A stretch of DNA of 58,601 nucleotides from an uncultured Flammeovirgaceae bacterium (GCA_913046795.1 CAJWTC010000003.1:1-58601), one strand, 5' to 3'; shown: positions 8,637-18,027, counted from the first letter of the stretch. Notes: a model not told the origin generated them from the letters alone. Numbers and translations: made by a program.

Positions 8637-10325
8637 TTATACCCAGTTTTTAAGTTTGCTGGTTTTTCCTATCCCTGGGTTAAACATATTAGTTGGATCA
8701 AGTTCTTTATAAAAGTTAGACAAATTAGATTTTGCATAGTATTCATGCCCAACATTATGTTCGGCTGGATACTCTGCCCCTCTTTCGTCAAATACCTTCA
8801 AAAGTTTTTCTTTTAGCAGTTCTGCATCAACGTCTTTTTTCAGAATATAATTCTGATGTAATACATGACAGAATAAGTGTCCGTAATAAAGTTTCATCTC
8901 AAACATGTCATCAATTTCTTTTGGTAACTTTTCAAACCAATTTTTTTCATTTCTTGGAAAGGCAATGTCCATAGACATCATTTCACCATGTTTTTTTGAG
9001 TTAAGTATATGATACCTTCCTATTGCACTTGCCGAAACGAACCTATGAAGAGAAGCTTTTTTTGCTTCATGATCATTACAAATAAAGTAACCGCCTTCTT
9101 TATTTTTAAAAATTTTTTTAAAATAATTCTCTGCTTCTTCTATGCCATCATCTGACATTTCAATCACCCAGTGGTGCTCATATAAATCTCTAAACTTTTC
9201 CATTCTTTTTGGAAGGTGATTGGGCCAAAAATTACTTAAAAACTGCATCAATCTATCTGAAAAGTTATTGGGGAGAATTTTTAATTTACTTGCTATAATA
9301 TCAATAGACCTTTTAAGTTCAAAAAGTGTTGGAAGAAATTTTGTCCCTAATTTTTCTATGACAACGAAGTTATCTTTACTATATTTTTTAGCTGCATCGT
9401 AGCAATCTCTGTGCAAATAATCGCCTAGAGTAGGGAGTGTTTTGAATTTTGATAAGATATCTCTCCTTATTCTCCAAAAGACATCAGGGTTATTTGATCC
9501 GACATAAAATACTTTATTTTTTTTTGGGGTTGGGTATGTGTCTAACCTTACTGCAAAAACAGCTACTTTCCCAGCGCTTCCTGATGCTCCATATAATAGT
9601 CTGTTATCAGAGTTGTATCTAGCAGGTGTGCTTTTATTTATTTGCCTTACAATTTCAGAATACATATTGTCTGAAGCTAATTTGTTGGAACTAATAATGT
9701 CAGACATATTATAATTTTCATTTTGTAAATTTTTAAGTATCTCTTCTGTGCTAGAGCCTAAGTTAATTCCAAGCTCATTAACTAATTCCAACCTTCCTTT
9801 TTTATTGATTTTTGCATATAATGCTAATTCTGTGTAAGCTGGACCTCTTTTAACTAGAGAGCCTCCAGAATTATTACATACTCCTCCTATAATAGAGGCA
9901 CCTATAGAGGTTGATCCAATAATCGAGTGAGGCTCTCTTCCATAAGGTTTTAGTTTTTTTTCTAAATTATATAAAGTGCTTCCAGTCAATCCAATAATCT
10001 GTTTGCCATCATTTATGATATGGATGTCATCAATAAGCATAGTATTGATAATTAGTATTTTACGATCATAATCGTCTCCATATGGAGTTGAGCCTCCAGT
10101 CAAACCAGTATTTGCAGCCTGCATTATTATAATTATGTTATCTCTTACGCATATTTCTAAAACTTTCCATATTTCAATTAGGGAATTAGGCTTTGCCACA
10201 GCAAAAGCTTTACCTTCACCATATCTCCATCCCTTAGAGTAAGGTTCTTTTCTCCACTCAGAAGTGATTAACTGTCTTTTTCCAACAATGTTCTCTATGT
10301 CTTTTATAGTTTTAGATAAACTCAT
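8637..10325 (-). CDS. dld: FAD-dependent (quinone-linked) D-lactate dehydrogenase, E. coli Dld type
   Basis: MQAANTGLTGGSTP, GREPHS, NNSGG, RGPAYTE, GAEYPAEHNVGH and DPTNMFNPGIGKTSK motifs. Confidence 0.93.
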   Translation of the reverse strand: MSLSKTIKDIENIVGKRQLITSEWRKEPYSKGWRYGEGKAFAVAKPNSLIEIWKVLEICVRDNIIIIMQAANTGLTGGSTPYGDDYDRKILIINTMLIDDIHIINDGKQIIGLTGSTLYNLEKKLKPYGREPHSIIGSTSIGASIIGGVCNNSGGSLVKRGPAYTELALYAKINKKGRLELVNELGINLGSSTEEILKNLQNENYNMSDIISSNKLASDNMYSEIVRQINKSTPARYNSDNRLLYGASGSAGKVAVFAVRLDTYPTPKKNKVFYVGSNNPDVFWRIRRDILSKFKTLPTLGDYLHRDCYDAAKKYSKDNFVVIEKLGTKFLPTLFELKRSIDIIASKLKILPNNFSDRLMQFLSNFWPNHLPKRMEKFRDLYEHHWVIEMSDDGIEEAENYFKKIFKNKEGGYFICNDHEAKKASLHRFVSASAIGRYHILNSKKHGEMMSMDIAFPRNEKNWFEKLPKEIDDMFEMKLYYGHLFCHVLHQNYILKKDVDAELLKEKLLKVFDERGAEYPAEHNVGHEYYAKSNLSNFYKELDPTNMFNPGIGKTSKLKNWV

Positions 10326-10342
10326 ATTTGTTTATGCGGTTA

Positions 10343-11503
10343 TTAGAATTTTATAATTTCCTCTCCGTTCTCAATTATTAATTCTTTTTTTTCTGATTTC
10401 TCTACTCTGCCAATAACTTTAGCCGCAACATTAAAATTTTCACTTATTTCAATTATTGAATCAGCAAATTCCTTATCACAATATATCTCCATTCTGTGTC
10501 CCATATTAAAAACACTATACATTTCTTTATAACCGCACATGGATTCTTTCTTAATTATTTTAAATACCTCTGGTGTCTCAAAGAGATTATCTTTTATAAT
10601 TCTATTACTTTCTGTGAAATGAAGAACTTTTGTCTGACCACCACCTGTGCAGTGGATTATCGCTGATATGTTTTCCTTATTATCTTTTAGGATATTTTTA
10701 ATTACAGGTGCATATGTTCTTGTTGGTGAAAGTAGGGACTCTCCTATATTTAATTCTGATTCTGTTTTATCAGTTAAGCGTTTACTACCACAATAAATAA
10801 ATTTATCTTTAGTTTCCTTGCTGAATGTCTCAGGAAAATGTTCTTTATAATAACTAGATAAGACATCATGACGTGCTGAAGTTAATCCATTACTACCTAT
10901 TCCACTATTATATTTATTTTCATAACTAGACTTTCCAAAAGATGAAAGGCCTACAATTACATTTCCAGGTCTAATGTTGCATTCTATAATTTTATTCCTT
11001 TTCTCTCGAGCAACAATTGTACTGTCTACTAAAATCGTTTTAGTTATATCACCAACATCTGCTGTTTCGCCACCCGATGATGAAATTTTAATACCATTTT
11101 CATTGAGGAGCGAAATGATGTCATTATTACCTTCTATAATTTCAGAAATAACCTCTCCAGGTATAAGATGTTTATTTCTGCCTATAGTCGACGACATCAC
11201 AAAGTTATTTGTAACACCAACTGCAATTAAGTCATCAATATTCATTATTAATGCATCCTGAGCAATACCTCTCCAAACTGATATGTCATTTGTCTCTTTC
11301 CAGTACAAATAAGCAAGAGCTGATTTTGTGCCTGCCCCATCTGCATGCATTATATTACAATAAGAATTATCATTTGATAGAATATCAGGTATAACCTTAC
11401 AAAATGAATTTTTAAAAAGACCTTTATCTATATTTTTAATTGCATTATGAACATCTTCTTTTTTTGATGAGACTCCTCTTTCTAAATATCTATTAGCTGA
11501 CAT
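10343..11503 (-). CDS. purM: Phosphoribosylformylglycinamidine cyclo-ligase (AIR synthase), Bacteroidota type
   Basis: RGVSSKKEDVH, MHADGAGTKS, GGETADVGD and FNMGHRME motifs. Confidence 0.93.
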   Translation of the reverse strand: MSANRYLERGVSSKKEDVHNAIKNIDKGLFKNSFCKVIPDILSNDNSYCNIMHADGAGTKSALAYLYWKETNDISVWRGIAQDALIMNIDDLIAVGVTNNFVMSSTIGRNKHLIPGEVISEIIEGNNDIISLLNENGIKISSSGGETADVGDITKTILVDSTIVAREKRNKIIECNIRPGNVIVGLSSFGKSSYENKYNSGIGSNGLTSARHDVLSSYYKEHFPETFSKETKDKFIYCGSKRLTDKTESELNIGESLLSPTRTYAPVIKNILKDNKENISAIIHCTGGGQTKVLHFTESNRIIKDNLFETPEVFKIIKKESMCGYKEMYSVFNMGHRMEIYCDKEFADSIIEISENFNVAAKVIGRVEKSEKKELIIENGEEIIKF

Positions 11504-11505
11504 TA

Positions 11506-13464
11506 TTAATTATTATTAAAGAATCTTTCATCGTCACCAGGCTCATCCCTTTCAACAAATTCATAACTTGTTACTTTAAATTCTGTTCTTCTATTAATCT
11601 GATGCTCTTCTTCATTCTTTGCATTGGTAATTAAGAGTTGAGATTCACCATAACCTCTTGCTGTAATTCTATTTTCATTTATACCTTTATCTATTATATA
11701 GACTACAGCAGATTCTGCTCTTCTCTGGGATAGGTCTTGGTTATAATCTACAGATGATCTGTCATCAGTATGAGAACTTAATTCAATTGATATAGATGGA
11801 TTATCTCTCATAATAATAACTAATTTATCTAACTCAATTGCAGCATCTGGACGAATTTCTGATTTATTTAGGTCATAGTAGATATTATCAAGAACTATAG
11901 ACTTATTCATTATGATTTTATCTAATACTAAATTCTTTTCAAACTCTACATCAGTTATAAACTCCTTTAATTTTGATTTATCTAATGATTTTCCTATGGT
12001 TGAGAAATCACCTCTGGTATTAAAATAATTTTCTTTTTCTCCAATTAATATATAGTCTTCCTCTGAGTAAACTTTAAACTGAAAATTTCCATCATTGTCA
12101 GTAAAAGTTTCTTCAATTATATTTTCATTTTTATCTAAAAGCTTTACTACACTATTACCAAGAATTTCTAAATCATTACTCTCATCTCTTGGTGTCAATG
12201 TTGAACCTTTTAAAATATAATTTACAATCTTTAGGTTAGGGTCGTCATTTACGAATGTATATATATCATCATCTCCTTTTCCACCTGTCCTGTTAGAAGT
12301 AAAAAAACCTCTAGTAGGATTAAATGGATTTACTCCAAAATCATCACCAGTTGAATTTAGCGGTTTGCCTGGATTGGAAATTTCAATTTCTCCAGCCCGT
12401 CTTGTTGCTACAAAAATATCTAGCCCACCAAACCCTTCGTGATTATCAGAAGAAAAGTATAATCTACCATCTTCTGTCACAGATGGAAAAACCTCATTAC
12501 CTGGTGTATTTATCACTGGACCCATATTCTGGATATTTATCCACCTTCCTCTTCTGTTAAGGTTTGCTTTATAGATATCAGTTCCACCATAGCCTTTGGC
12601 CCTATTAGATGCAAAGTATAATGTTTTTCCATCTTTTGATAAAAAAGGTGTTGAGTCCCAACTTCTTGACGTATTAACATTGAGAAGTCTAGGGTTAGAC
12701 CATCCACCTCTTCTGTATCTTGAAAAGTAAAGGTCTACATTATTTCTTCCAGAACTTTTTCCATCATTTCCCTTCGCAAAAATCATATACATTCCATCAT
12801 CAGAGAAAGTAATAGACCCTTCATTTACCTGTTCACTATTAATATTTTCTCCAAGTTTTTTAAGGCTCTCTATCTCTACATTGGCACCTTTAGTAATAAC
12901 TTCAAATAAATCGGTAAATGGAGTTCCTGTCCCTTTATAAAGCTTCTCGGTTGACCTATTAGATACAAAATATAATTTTCCTTTAGAGTAGGAGGGTGCG
13001 TAATCAGCAAAAGTTGTATTTATTGCATTAAGATTTTTTACTTTGTAATAACTTGTATCTGGATACTTTTTTAGGTTTTCTATATATATAGATTCTTTAT
13101 TTATTAAGTTAATAACATTTTCATCTGATCCTATCTGTAGATATTTTTTTGCTATAGAGTCTGCAGCATCATATTTATTATTTGCCTTGAGTGATATAAT
13201 TAGGTAATAGTATGCTAATTCATTATCAATACCTTCTTTAATACTTTGAAAATAATACTTTTCTGCATCCCATATTTGATTAGATTTCCTGAATGCCTCA
13301 GCAATTAAAAAATTAGTTTTTGGGTCATTATCCTTTACAACTTTTTTAAATTTTTCAGCTGCCACGTTATACTCTGCGCTATTAAAACTTTTTAATGCAG
13401 ACTTATTGCTTACACAGGAGGATAGAACAATAGCAAAAGCTAAAAAATTATAATAATTTATCAT
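11506..13464 (-). CDS. OmpA-family lipoprotein with TPR, PD40 propeller and OmpA C-terminal domains (PorE-like)
   Basis: Lipobox LSSC, PD40 repeats (LYFASNR..GYGGTDIY) and OmpA domain (IELSSHTD, LSQRRAES, NRRTEF). Start at ATG 13464 overlaps the upstream stop (ATGA). Confidence 0.88.
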   Translation of the reverse strand: MINYYNFLAFAIVLSSCVSNKSALKSFNSAEYNVAAEKFKKVVKDNDPKTNFLIAEAFRKSNQIWDAEKYYFQSIKEGIDNELAYYYLIISLKANNKYDAADSIAKKYLQIGSDENVINLINKESIYIENLKKYPDTSYYKVKNLNAINTTFADYAPSYSKGKLYFVSNRSTEKLYKGTGTPFTDLFEVITKGANVEIESLKKLGENINSEQVNEGSITFSDDGMYMIFAKGNDGKSSGRNNVDLYFSRYRRGGWSNPRLLNVNTSRSWDSTPFLSKDGKTLYFASNRAKGYGGTDIYKANLNRRGRWINIQNMGPVINTPGNEVFPSVTEDGRLYFSSDNHEGFGGLDIFVATRRAGEIEISNPGKPLNSTGDDFGVNPFNPTRGFFTSNRTGGKGDDDIYTFVNDDPNLKIVNYILKGSTLTPRDESNDLEILGNSVVKLLDKNENIIEETFTDNDGNFQFKVYSEEDYILIGEKENYFNTRGDFSTIGKSLDKSKLKEFITDVEFEKNLVLDKIIMNKSIVLDNIYYDLNKSEIRPDAAIELDKLVIIMRDNPSISIELSSHTDDRSSVDYNQDLSQRRAESAVVYIIDKGINENRITARGYGESQLLITNAKNEEEHQINRRTEFKVTSYEFVERDEPGDDERFFNNN

Positions 13465-13940
13465 CTTAAGAAGGTTTTTAGCCACGAATCTTTTATCTGT
13501 ATTTTCCATGAACTCTCAAATTCATTTTTATTTCTAACAGTAGTATTAACCATATTAGTAGACAAGGAAATTTCATTTTTTCGTATCAAATCAATAATTT
13601 CGTTTTTATCGTAGAAATGAATGATTTCTTTTTTAAATATACCAATTTTAGAGTTAGGGTTTAAGCTGATTCCTAGAACATTTGATATTCTCATCATTTC
13701 CTTATTTATTGAATCAATAGAGCATCCGCTTACATCATTTTCTTCAGCAAATAATATTATAAATTGTTTGTCTATAATCTTATAATTTGAGTTAATAGTT
13801 TTTCCATGCGATACCCAGCTATCACATATTCTTTCTAACTCAAAATTTAATTCTTTTACCAAAGTATTTGTTAAAGGACTTTTCAATATGTAAATCCAGC
13901 ATCTTGCTTCTTGAGTCAAATTTCTAAATTTTAAATACAT
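13461..13940 (-). CDS. Conserved Bacteroidota hypothetical protein
   Basis: RCWIY, WVSHG, SGCSIDS and C-terminal SW pattern of a family common in Bacteroidota. No P-loop is visible. Confidence 0.75.
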   Translation of the reverse strand: MYLKFRNLTQEARCWIYILKSPLTNTLVKELNFELERICDSWVSHGKTINSNYKIIDKQFIILFAEENDVSGCSIDSINKEMMRISNVLGISLNPNSKIGIFKKEIIHFYDKNEIIDLIRKNEISLSTNMVNTTVRNKNEFESSWKIQIKDSWLKTFLR

Positions 13941-13988
13941 TTTTTATATATATAATTATTGATACGAGATTATTTCAAAAATAATAAT

Positions 13989-14019
13989 TTTGGTAGATAT
14001 CTTTATTTATTTAGGTTTG
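13989..14019 (+). promoter_or_regulatory. Bacteroidota housekeeping promoter for tRNA-Phe
   Basis: TTTG (13989-13992), 19-nt spacer, TAGGTTTG (14012-14019). Confidence 0.75.
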
Positions 14020-14033
14020 CATCTTATTAATTA

Positions 14034-14106
14034 GGTGCTGTAGCTCAGTTGGTAGAGCATCGGACTGAAAATCCGTGAGTCGGTGGTTCGAATCCGCCCA
14101 GCACCA
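14034..14106 (+). tRNA. tRNA-Phe (GAA)
   Basis: Acceptor stem GGTGCTG/CAGCACC, D arm GCTC-AGTTGGTA-GAGC, anticodon loop CTGAAAA, T loop TTCGAAT. CCA not encoded. Confidence 0.96.
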
Positions 14107-14115
14107 CTATAAACT

Positions 14116-14445
14116 ATGAAATGGCTTTATCTTGGAATTGCTATTATTATGGAGGTCATTGCAACTAGCGCCCTCAAGGAAAGTAATAACTTTACAAAAC
14201 TTCTTCCTTCCATTTTGGTTGTGGTTGGTTATTCTTTTACTTTTTATTTTATGTCTTTAACTTTGAGAGATATGTCTGTTGGCATAACTTATGCTATATG
14301 GAGTGGAATGGGGATTTTTCTAATTTCTCTAATAGGGTATTTTAGGTATAACCAGACTCTTGACACCCCTGCTATTTTAGGTATGAGTTTTATAGCTCTA
14401 GGTATAATCATTTTAAGGTTTTTTTCTAAATCAATAAACGCATAA
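14116..14445 (+). CDS. SMR family efflux transporter (EmrE/QacE-like)
   Basis: 109 aa with four TM helices, conserved TM1 Glu (IMEVIATSALK) and YAIWSG. Confidence 0.92.
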   Translation: MKWLYLGIAIIMEVIATSALKESNNFTKLLPSILVVVGYSFTFYFMSLTLRDMSVGITYAIWSGMGIFLISLIGYFRYNQTLDTPAILGMSFIALGIIILRFFSKSINA

Positions 14446-14449
14446 TATA

Positions 14450-16687
14450 TCAGAAGTAATATCTTTTAAAAGCTTCCATAGATCCGTATTTTGCAAGACC
14501 AAGATCAGAAAATAATTTTGCTGTATTCTTATTTCTATCTTCTGCCCTTTGCCAAAACTCTCTTGAATCTTGCCCTGGGAAAATTATTACATCTTTTTGA
14601 GATAGGTGCTTATAAATGGCCCTTCTCTTTTTTAGTATTTGTTTTGGGCTTAGCGGAACTGCCATATCAATTTCATCTATTCTCCACTCATCCCAAGCGC
14701 CGCTATATAGCCACACATTACAATTCTTCATGAATGATTTTGATTTCAAGTTATCTATAGATTTATATATTGATCGAAGACAAAGTCTATGAGTACCATG
14801 GGGATCACTCAAATCACCAGCTGCATAAATTTGATGTGGTTTTATTCTATTTATTAAATTTTGAACAACTTTAATATCTGCACTAGATAAATCTTTCTTT
14901 TTTATTTTTCCAGTTTGATAGAATGGCATGTCTAAATTATAAATTTTATTTTTTTCTAACCCTATATAATTACACGCCTGTAAAGCTTCTGATTTTCTTA
15001 TAATTCCTTTGATTTTATTTAATGTATTATCCCTATCAATATCAATTTTTTCTGTTATTAACCTTTTTAAACTATTATGAAAGTTTATTCCCCAAACGAT
15101 ATGATTTTTTTCTAATTTATTTTTTCCGTCACTTATCAACTTATTAAGTTCATTTGTTGATAATGAGACAGTAAGTCTCTTGATAAGTTCTGCTATTTCT
15201 AAAACTTTTTCATTGCTCACAGCTATGTTTCCAGAAGTCTGATATGCTACGTGGACATCGTGTCCTTGATTAATTAGTTTAGAAAAGGTACCCCCCATCG
15301 ATATTACATCATCATCTGGATGTGGAGAGAAAATTAATACCCTTTTTTTATAGGGTTTTGATCTCTCAGGTATATATGAGTCATCAGAATTTGGTTTGCC
15401 TCCAGGCCAGCCAGTTATTGAGTGTTCCAGCATATTGAATACAAGAATATTTGTATCGTATGCAGATTTATAATTTTCAAATATTCCACCCATTCCATTT
15501 TCATTATAATCTTCATCAGTTAACTGTAGTATTGGTTTATTTTTTTTGATACTTAACCATATTATAGCTTTTTTAATATTAATATCCGACCATCCAACTA
15601 TAGATGTACTTAATTTATTTTTAGGTTTTTTATTTATGTTGGTATAGACCCAAGGGCATCTAATTCTATTTAGGCTGGATGCAGATTCTTTATCTAGAAT
15701 AAAAGTACAGTTAGGGTGGTTTTGAAGCAATGACGCTGGTACTAACTCATTTGTTTTTTCTTCGACGGATTTTTTAACAATATTAGATTTACTATCTCCC
15801 CAAGCCACTAGAGTTATTTTCTTGGCCTTAAGAATAGTTTTAATCCCCATAGAAATAGCATCTTTAGGTACGTTTTCAATACCAGTAAATTCGTCTGCTG
15901 CGTCAAATCTTGTTGTTTCTTCAATTTTAACTTTTCTAGTTACTGATGATTCAATAGATCCAGGTTCATTAAATCCAATATGGCCATTTCTACCTATACC
16001 TAATAACTGGAAATCTAATCCTCCAGCTAATTTTATTTTATTTTCAAAATCAACACAGTGACTTTCTATATAATTTGGATTTAAGTCTCCTCTTGGAATA
16101 TTAATATTTTTTTTTTGAATATCTATATGATCAAAAAGAAAATCAAACATAAACTTATGATAGCTATGTCTGGAGTTTGGTTGCATTGGAAAATATTCGT
16201 CTAGATTGAATGTAATTACATTATGAAAGCTTAGTTTTTCTTCTTTGTGCATCCTTACTAGTTCACTATAGATTGAGATAGGAGATGATCCTGTAGCTAA
16301 GCCTAAAACACAGCTTTTTCCTTTGGACTGTTTATCTCTTATTAGGTTTGCAATTTCTAAGGCTACAGACTTTGAACCAATTTTTGGATGTTCAAATAAT
16401 TTAACAGCAATTCTTTCCTTAAAAATACTTTGCTCGTAAAAAATATCACGTGGATCTTCATTTAAATCATAATCTTTTTGGATTGAGTAGTTTAAATTAT
16501 TCTCAATTAAAGTTTTGAGTTCTTTAAGTAAAGATTTTCTTTTATCTAAATTCTTTTCTTTGTTTGGAAATAAATTTTGATTGAAATTGTTACCGTTATA
16601 TACTCTTATTCTTTTTCCTTTTTTATTGTAATAACAGAACGATCTTTCTTTATTAAAATTTATTTTTACTTGTATCTCATGAGACAT
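14450..16687 (-). CDS. nagB: Long-form glucosamine-6-phosphate deaminase (NagB plus PIG-L/LmbE-like domain) with an extra N-terminal putative DNA-binding domain
   Basis: GLATGSSP, FNLDEY and GIGRNGHIGFNEPGS (deaminase); FSPHPDDDVISMGGT and DPHGTH (PIG-L-like). The first ~75 aa are not NagB-like. Confidence 0.92.
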   Translation of the reverse strand: MSHEIQVKINFNKERSFCYYNKKGKRIRVYNGNNFNQNLFPNKEKNLDKRKSLLKELKTLIENNLNYSIQKDYDLNEDPRDIFYEQSIFKERIAVKLFEHPKIGSKSVALEIANLIRDKQSKGKSCVLGLATGSSPISIYSELVRMHKEEKLSFHNVITFNLDEYFPMQPNSRHSYHKFMFDFLFDHIDIQKKNINIPRGDLNPNYIESHCVDFENKIKLAGGLDFQLLGIGRNGHIGFNEPGSIESSVTRKVKIEETTRFDAADEFTGIENVPKDAISMGIKTILKAKKITLVAWGDSKSNIVKKSVEEKTNELVPASLLQNHPNCTFILDKESASSLNRIRCPWVYTNINKKPKNKLSTSIVGWSDINIKKAIIWLSIKKNKPILQLTDEDYNENGMGGIFENYKSAYDTNILVFNMLEHSITGWPGGKPNSDDSYIPERSKPYKKRVLIFSPHPDDDVISMGGTFSKLINQGHDVHVAYQTSGNIAVSNEKVLEIAELIKRLTVSLSTNELNKLISDGKNKLEKNHIVWGINFHNSLKRLITEKIDIDRDNTLNKIKGIIRKSEALQACNYIGLEKNKIYNLDMPFYQTGKIKKKDLSSADIKVVQNLINRIKPHQIYAAGDLSDPHGTHRLCLRSIYKSIDNLKSKSFMKNCNVWLYSGAWDEWRIDEIDMAVPLSPKQILKKRRAIYKHLSQKDVIIFPGQDSREFWQRAEDRNKNTAKLFSDLGLAKYGSMEAFKRYYF

Positions 16688-16742
16688 TATAAATAATATA
16701 TTTTATTAAATATAAATATATAAAATATATCTCATGAGACAT
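16673..16742. repeat. Two identical 15-bp sites TATCTCATGAGACAT with palindromic core TCTCATGAGA
   Basis: Copies at 16673-16687 (covering the nagB start codon) and 16728-16742, separated by 40 bp of pure A/T. Confidence 0.92.
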
Positions 16743-16759
16743 AATTTAAATTTCTTACT

Positions 16760-17479
16760 TTAAAATGATTTAAGTGTTCTAATCTCGTTTTCGGTTAACT
16801 TTCTCCACTTCCCTCTAGGTAAATTTTTTTTTGTTAAAGTCCCAAAAAGGACTCTATCAAGCTTATCTACTTTATAATTTAATGACTCAAAGATTTTCCT
16901 TATAATTCTATTTTTTCCTATATGAATTTCAACTCCTACTTCATCTTTTTTATCTAACCTACTGATATTATTTACATTGACTGATTCTTCATCTATTTTT
17001 ATTCCTAGTTTTATTTTTTTTAAATCTGATTCTTCAAGTGCTCTATCTAGCTTTACATAATATACTTTTTTTACTTTATGTGATGGATGAGTTAATTTTT
17101 TTGTTAAATCACCATCATTCGTAAATAGGATTAAACCCGTAGTTTTTCTATCTAATCTTCCGACATGAAAGACTCGTTCATTCACCCCCTTTAATAATTC
17201 AAAAACTGTTCTTCGACCATGTGTGTCTTTATTTGTTGTTATGAAATCTTTAGGTTTATTTAATAGTATATAGATTTTTTTTTCTCTCTTTACCTCTTTT
17301 TTTTCTATAAAAACCTTATCACTTAACTTAATTTTTTGACCAAGAGTGATGCATTTTTTTCCATTTATGCTAACTAACCCCTTTTTTATTAGATTATCCG
17401 CCTCTCTTCTTGAGCATATTCCTGATTGTGAGATGAATTTATTTATTCTAATTTCTGAAGATTCAGACTTCTTCTTCAT
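16760..17479 (-). CDS. rluB: S4-domain rRNA pseudouridine synthase (RluB/RsuA family)
   Basis: RINKFISQSGICSRREAD, LLNKPK and VGRLDRKTTGL. Follows scpB. Confidence 0.85.
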   Translation of the reverse strand: MKKKSESSEIRINKFISQSGICSRREADNLIKKGLVSINGKKCITLGQKIKLSDKVFIEKKEVKREKKIYILLNKPKDFITTNKDTHGRRTVFELLKGVNERVFHVGRLDRKTTGLILFTNDGDLTKKLTHPSHKVKKVYYVKLDRALEESDLKKIKLGIKIDEESVNVNNISRLDKKDEVGVEIHIGKNRIIRKIFESLNYKVDKLDRVLFGTLTKKNLPRGKWRKLTENEIRTLKSF

Positions 17480-18026
17480 CTCCTATGGAGTTTTCTTCTT
17501 TTTTAAAATCTTTAATAGTAGGAAGCTGGTCTAAATTATTAATCCCAAAATAATCCATAAACTTACCACTAGTAATATAAATTAGAGGCCTACCAACTTT
17601 ATCAGATTTCCCCTTAATAATGATTAACTCCTTATCTAAAAGCTTTTGAATAGTGTAATCACAGCTAACTCCTCTTATTTTTTCAATTTCTGACTTTATG
17701 ACGGGTTGTTTATAAGCTATTATAGCTAGAGTCTCAAGTGCAGATATTGACAGTCTCCTCTTAGACTGCTGTTTTAGTAGTATTTCGTTTAAACTAGAAA
17801 ATTCATTTTTTGTTAAAAACTGAAAACCTCCTCCTGACTCTATTATTTCAAATGGATATGAAGCATCCTTGTATTTATTAATTAATTTAGATAAAGTTTT
17901 TTTAATCTTTTTATCATCATAATTTTTATTGTTATTTTCTGCAAAAACCTTTATAATTTCTTCAACTTTAATTGGTTTTGGAGAGCAAAAAATTAGTGAC
18001 TCTATACCTGATTCAAGAAAACTCAA
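17463..18026 (-). CDS. scpB: SMC-Scp complex subunit ScpB
   Basis: LSISALETLAIIAYKQP, IEKIRGV and GRPLIY motifs. Confidence 0.95.
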   Translation of the reverse strand: MSFLESGIESLIFCSPKPIKVEEIIKVFAENNNKNYDDKKIKKTLSKLINKYKDASYPFEIIESGGGFQFLTKNEFSSLNEILLKQQSKRRLSISALETLAIIAYKQPVIKSEIEKIRGVSCDYTIQKLLDKELIIIKGKSDKVGRPLIYITSGKFMDYFGINNLDQLPTIKDFKKEENSIGDEEEV

Positions 18027-18027
18027 A

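Noticed and set aside
14085-14106. Duplicated tRNA-Phe 3' end (attR) bounding an island
   Set aside because: No second copy found by eye near 16.7 kb or elsewhere, so no intact element is claimed.
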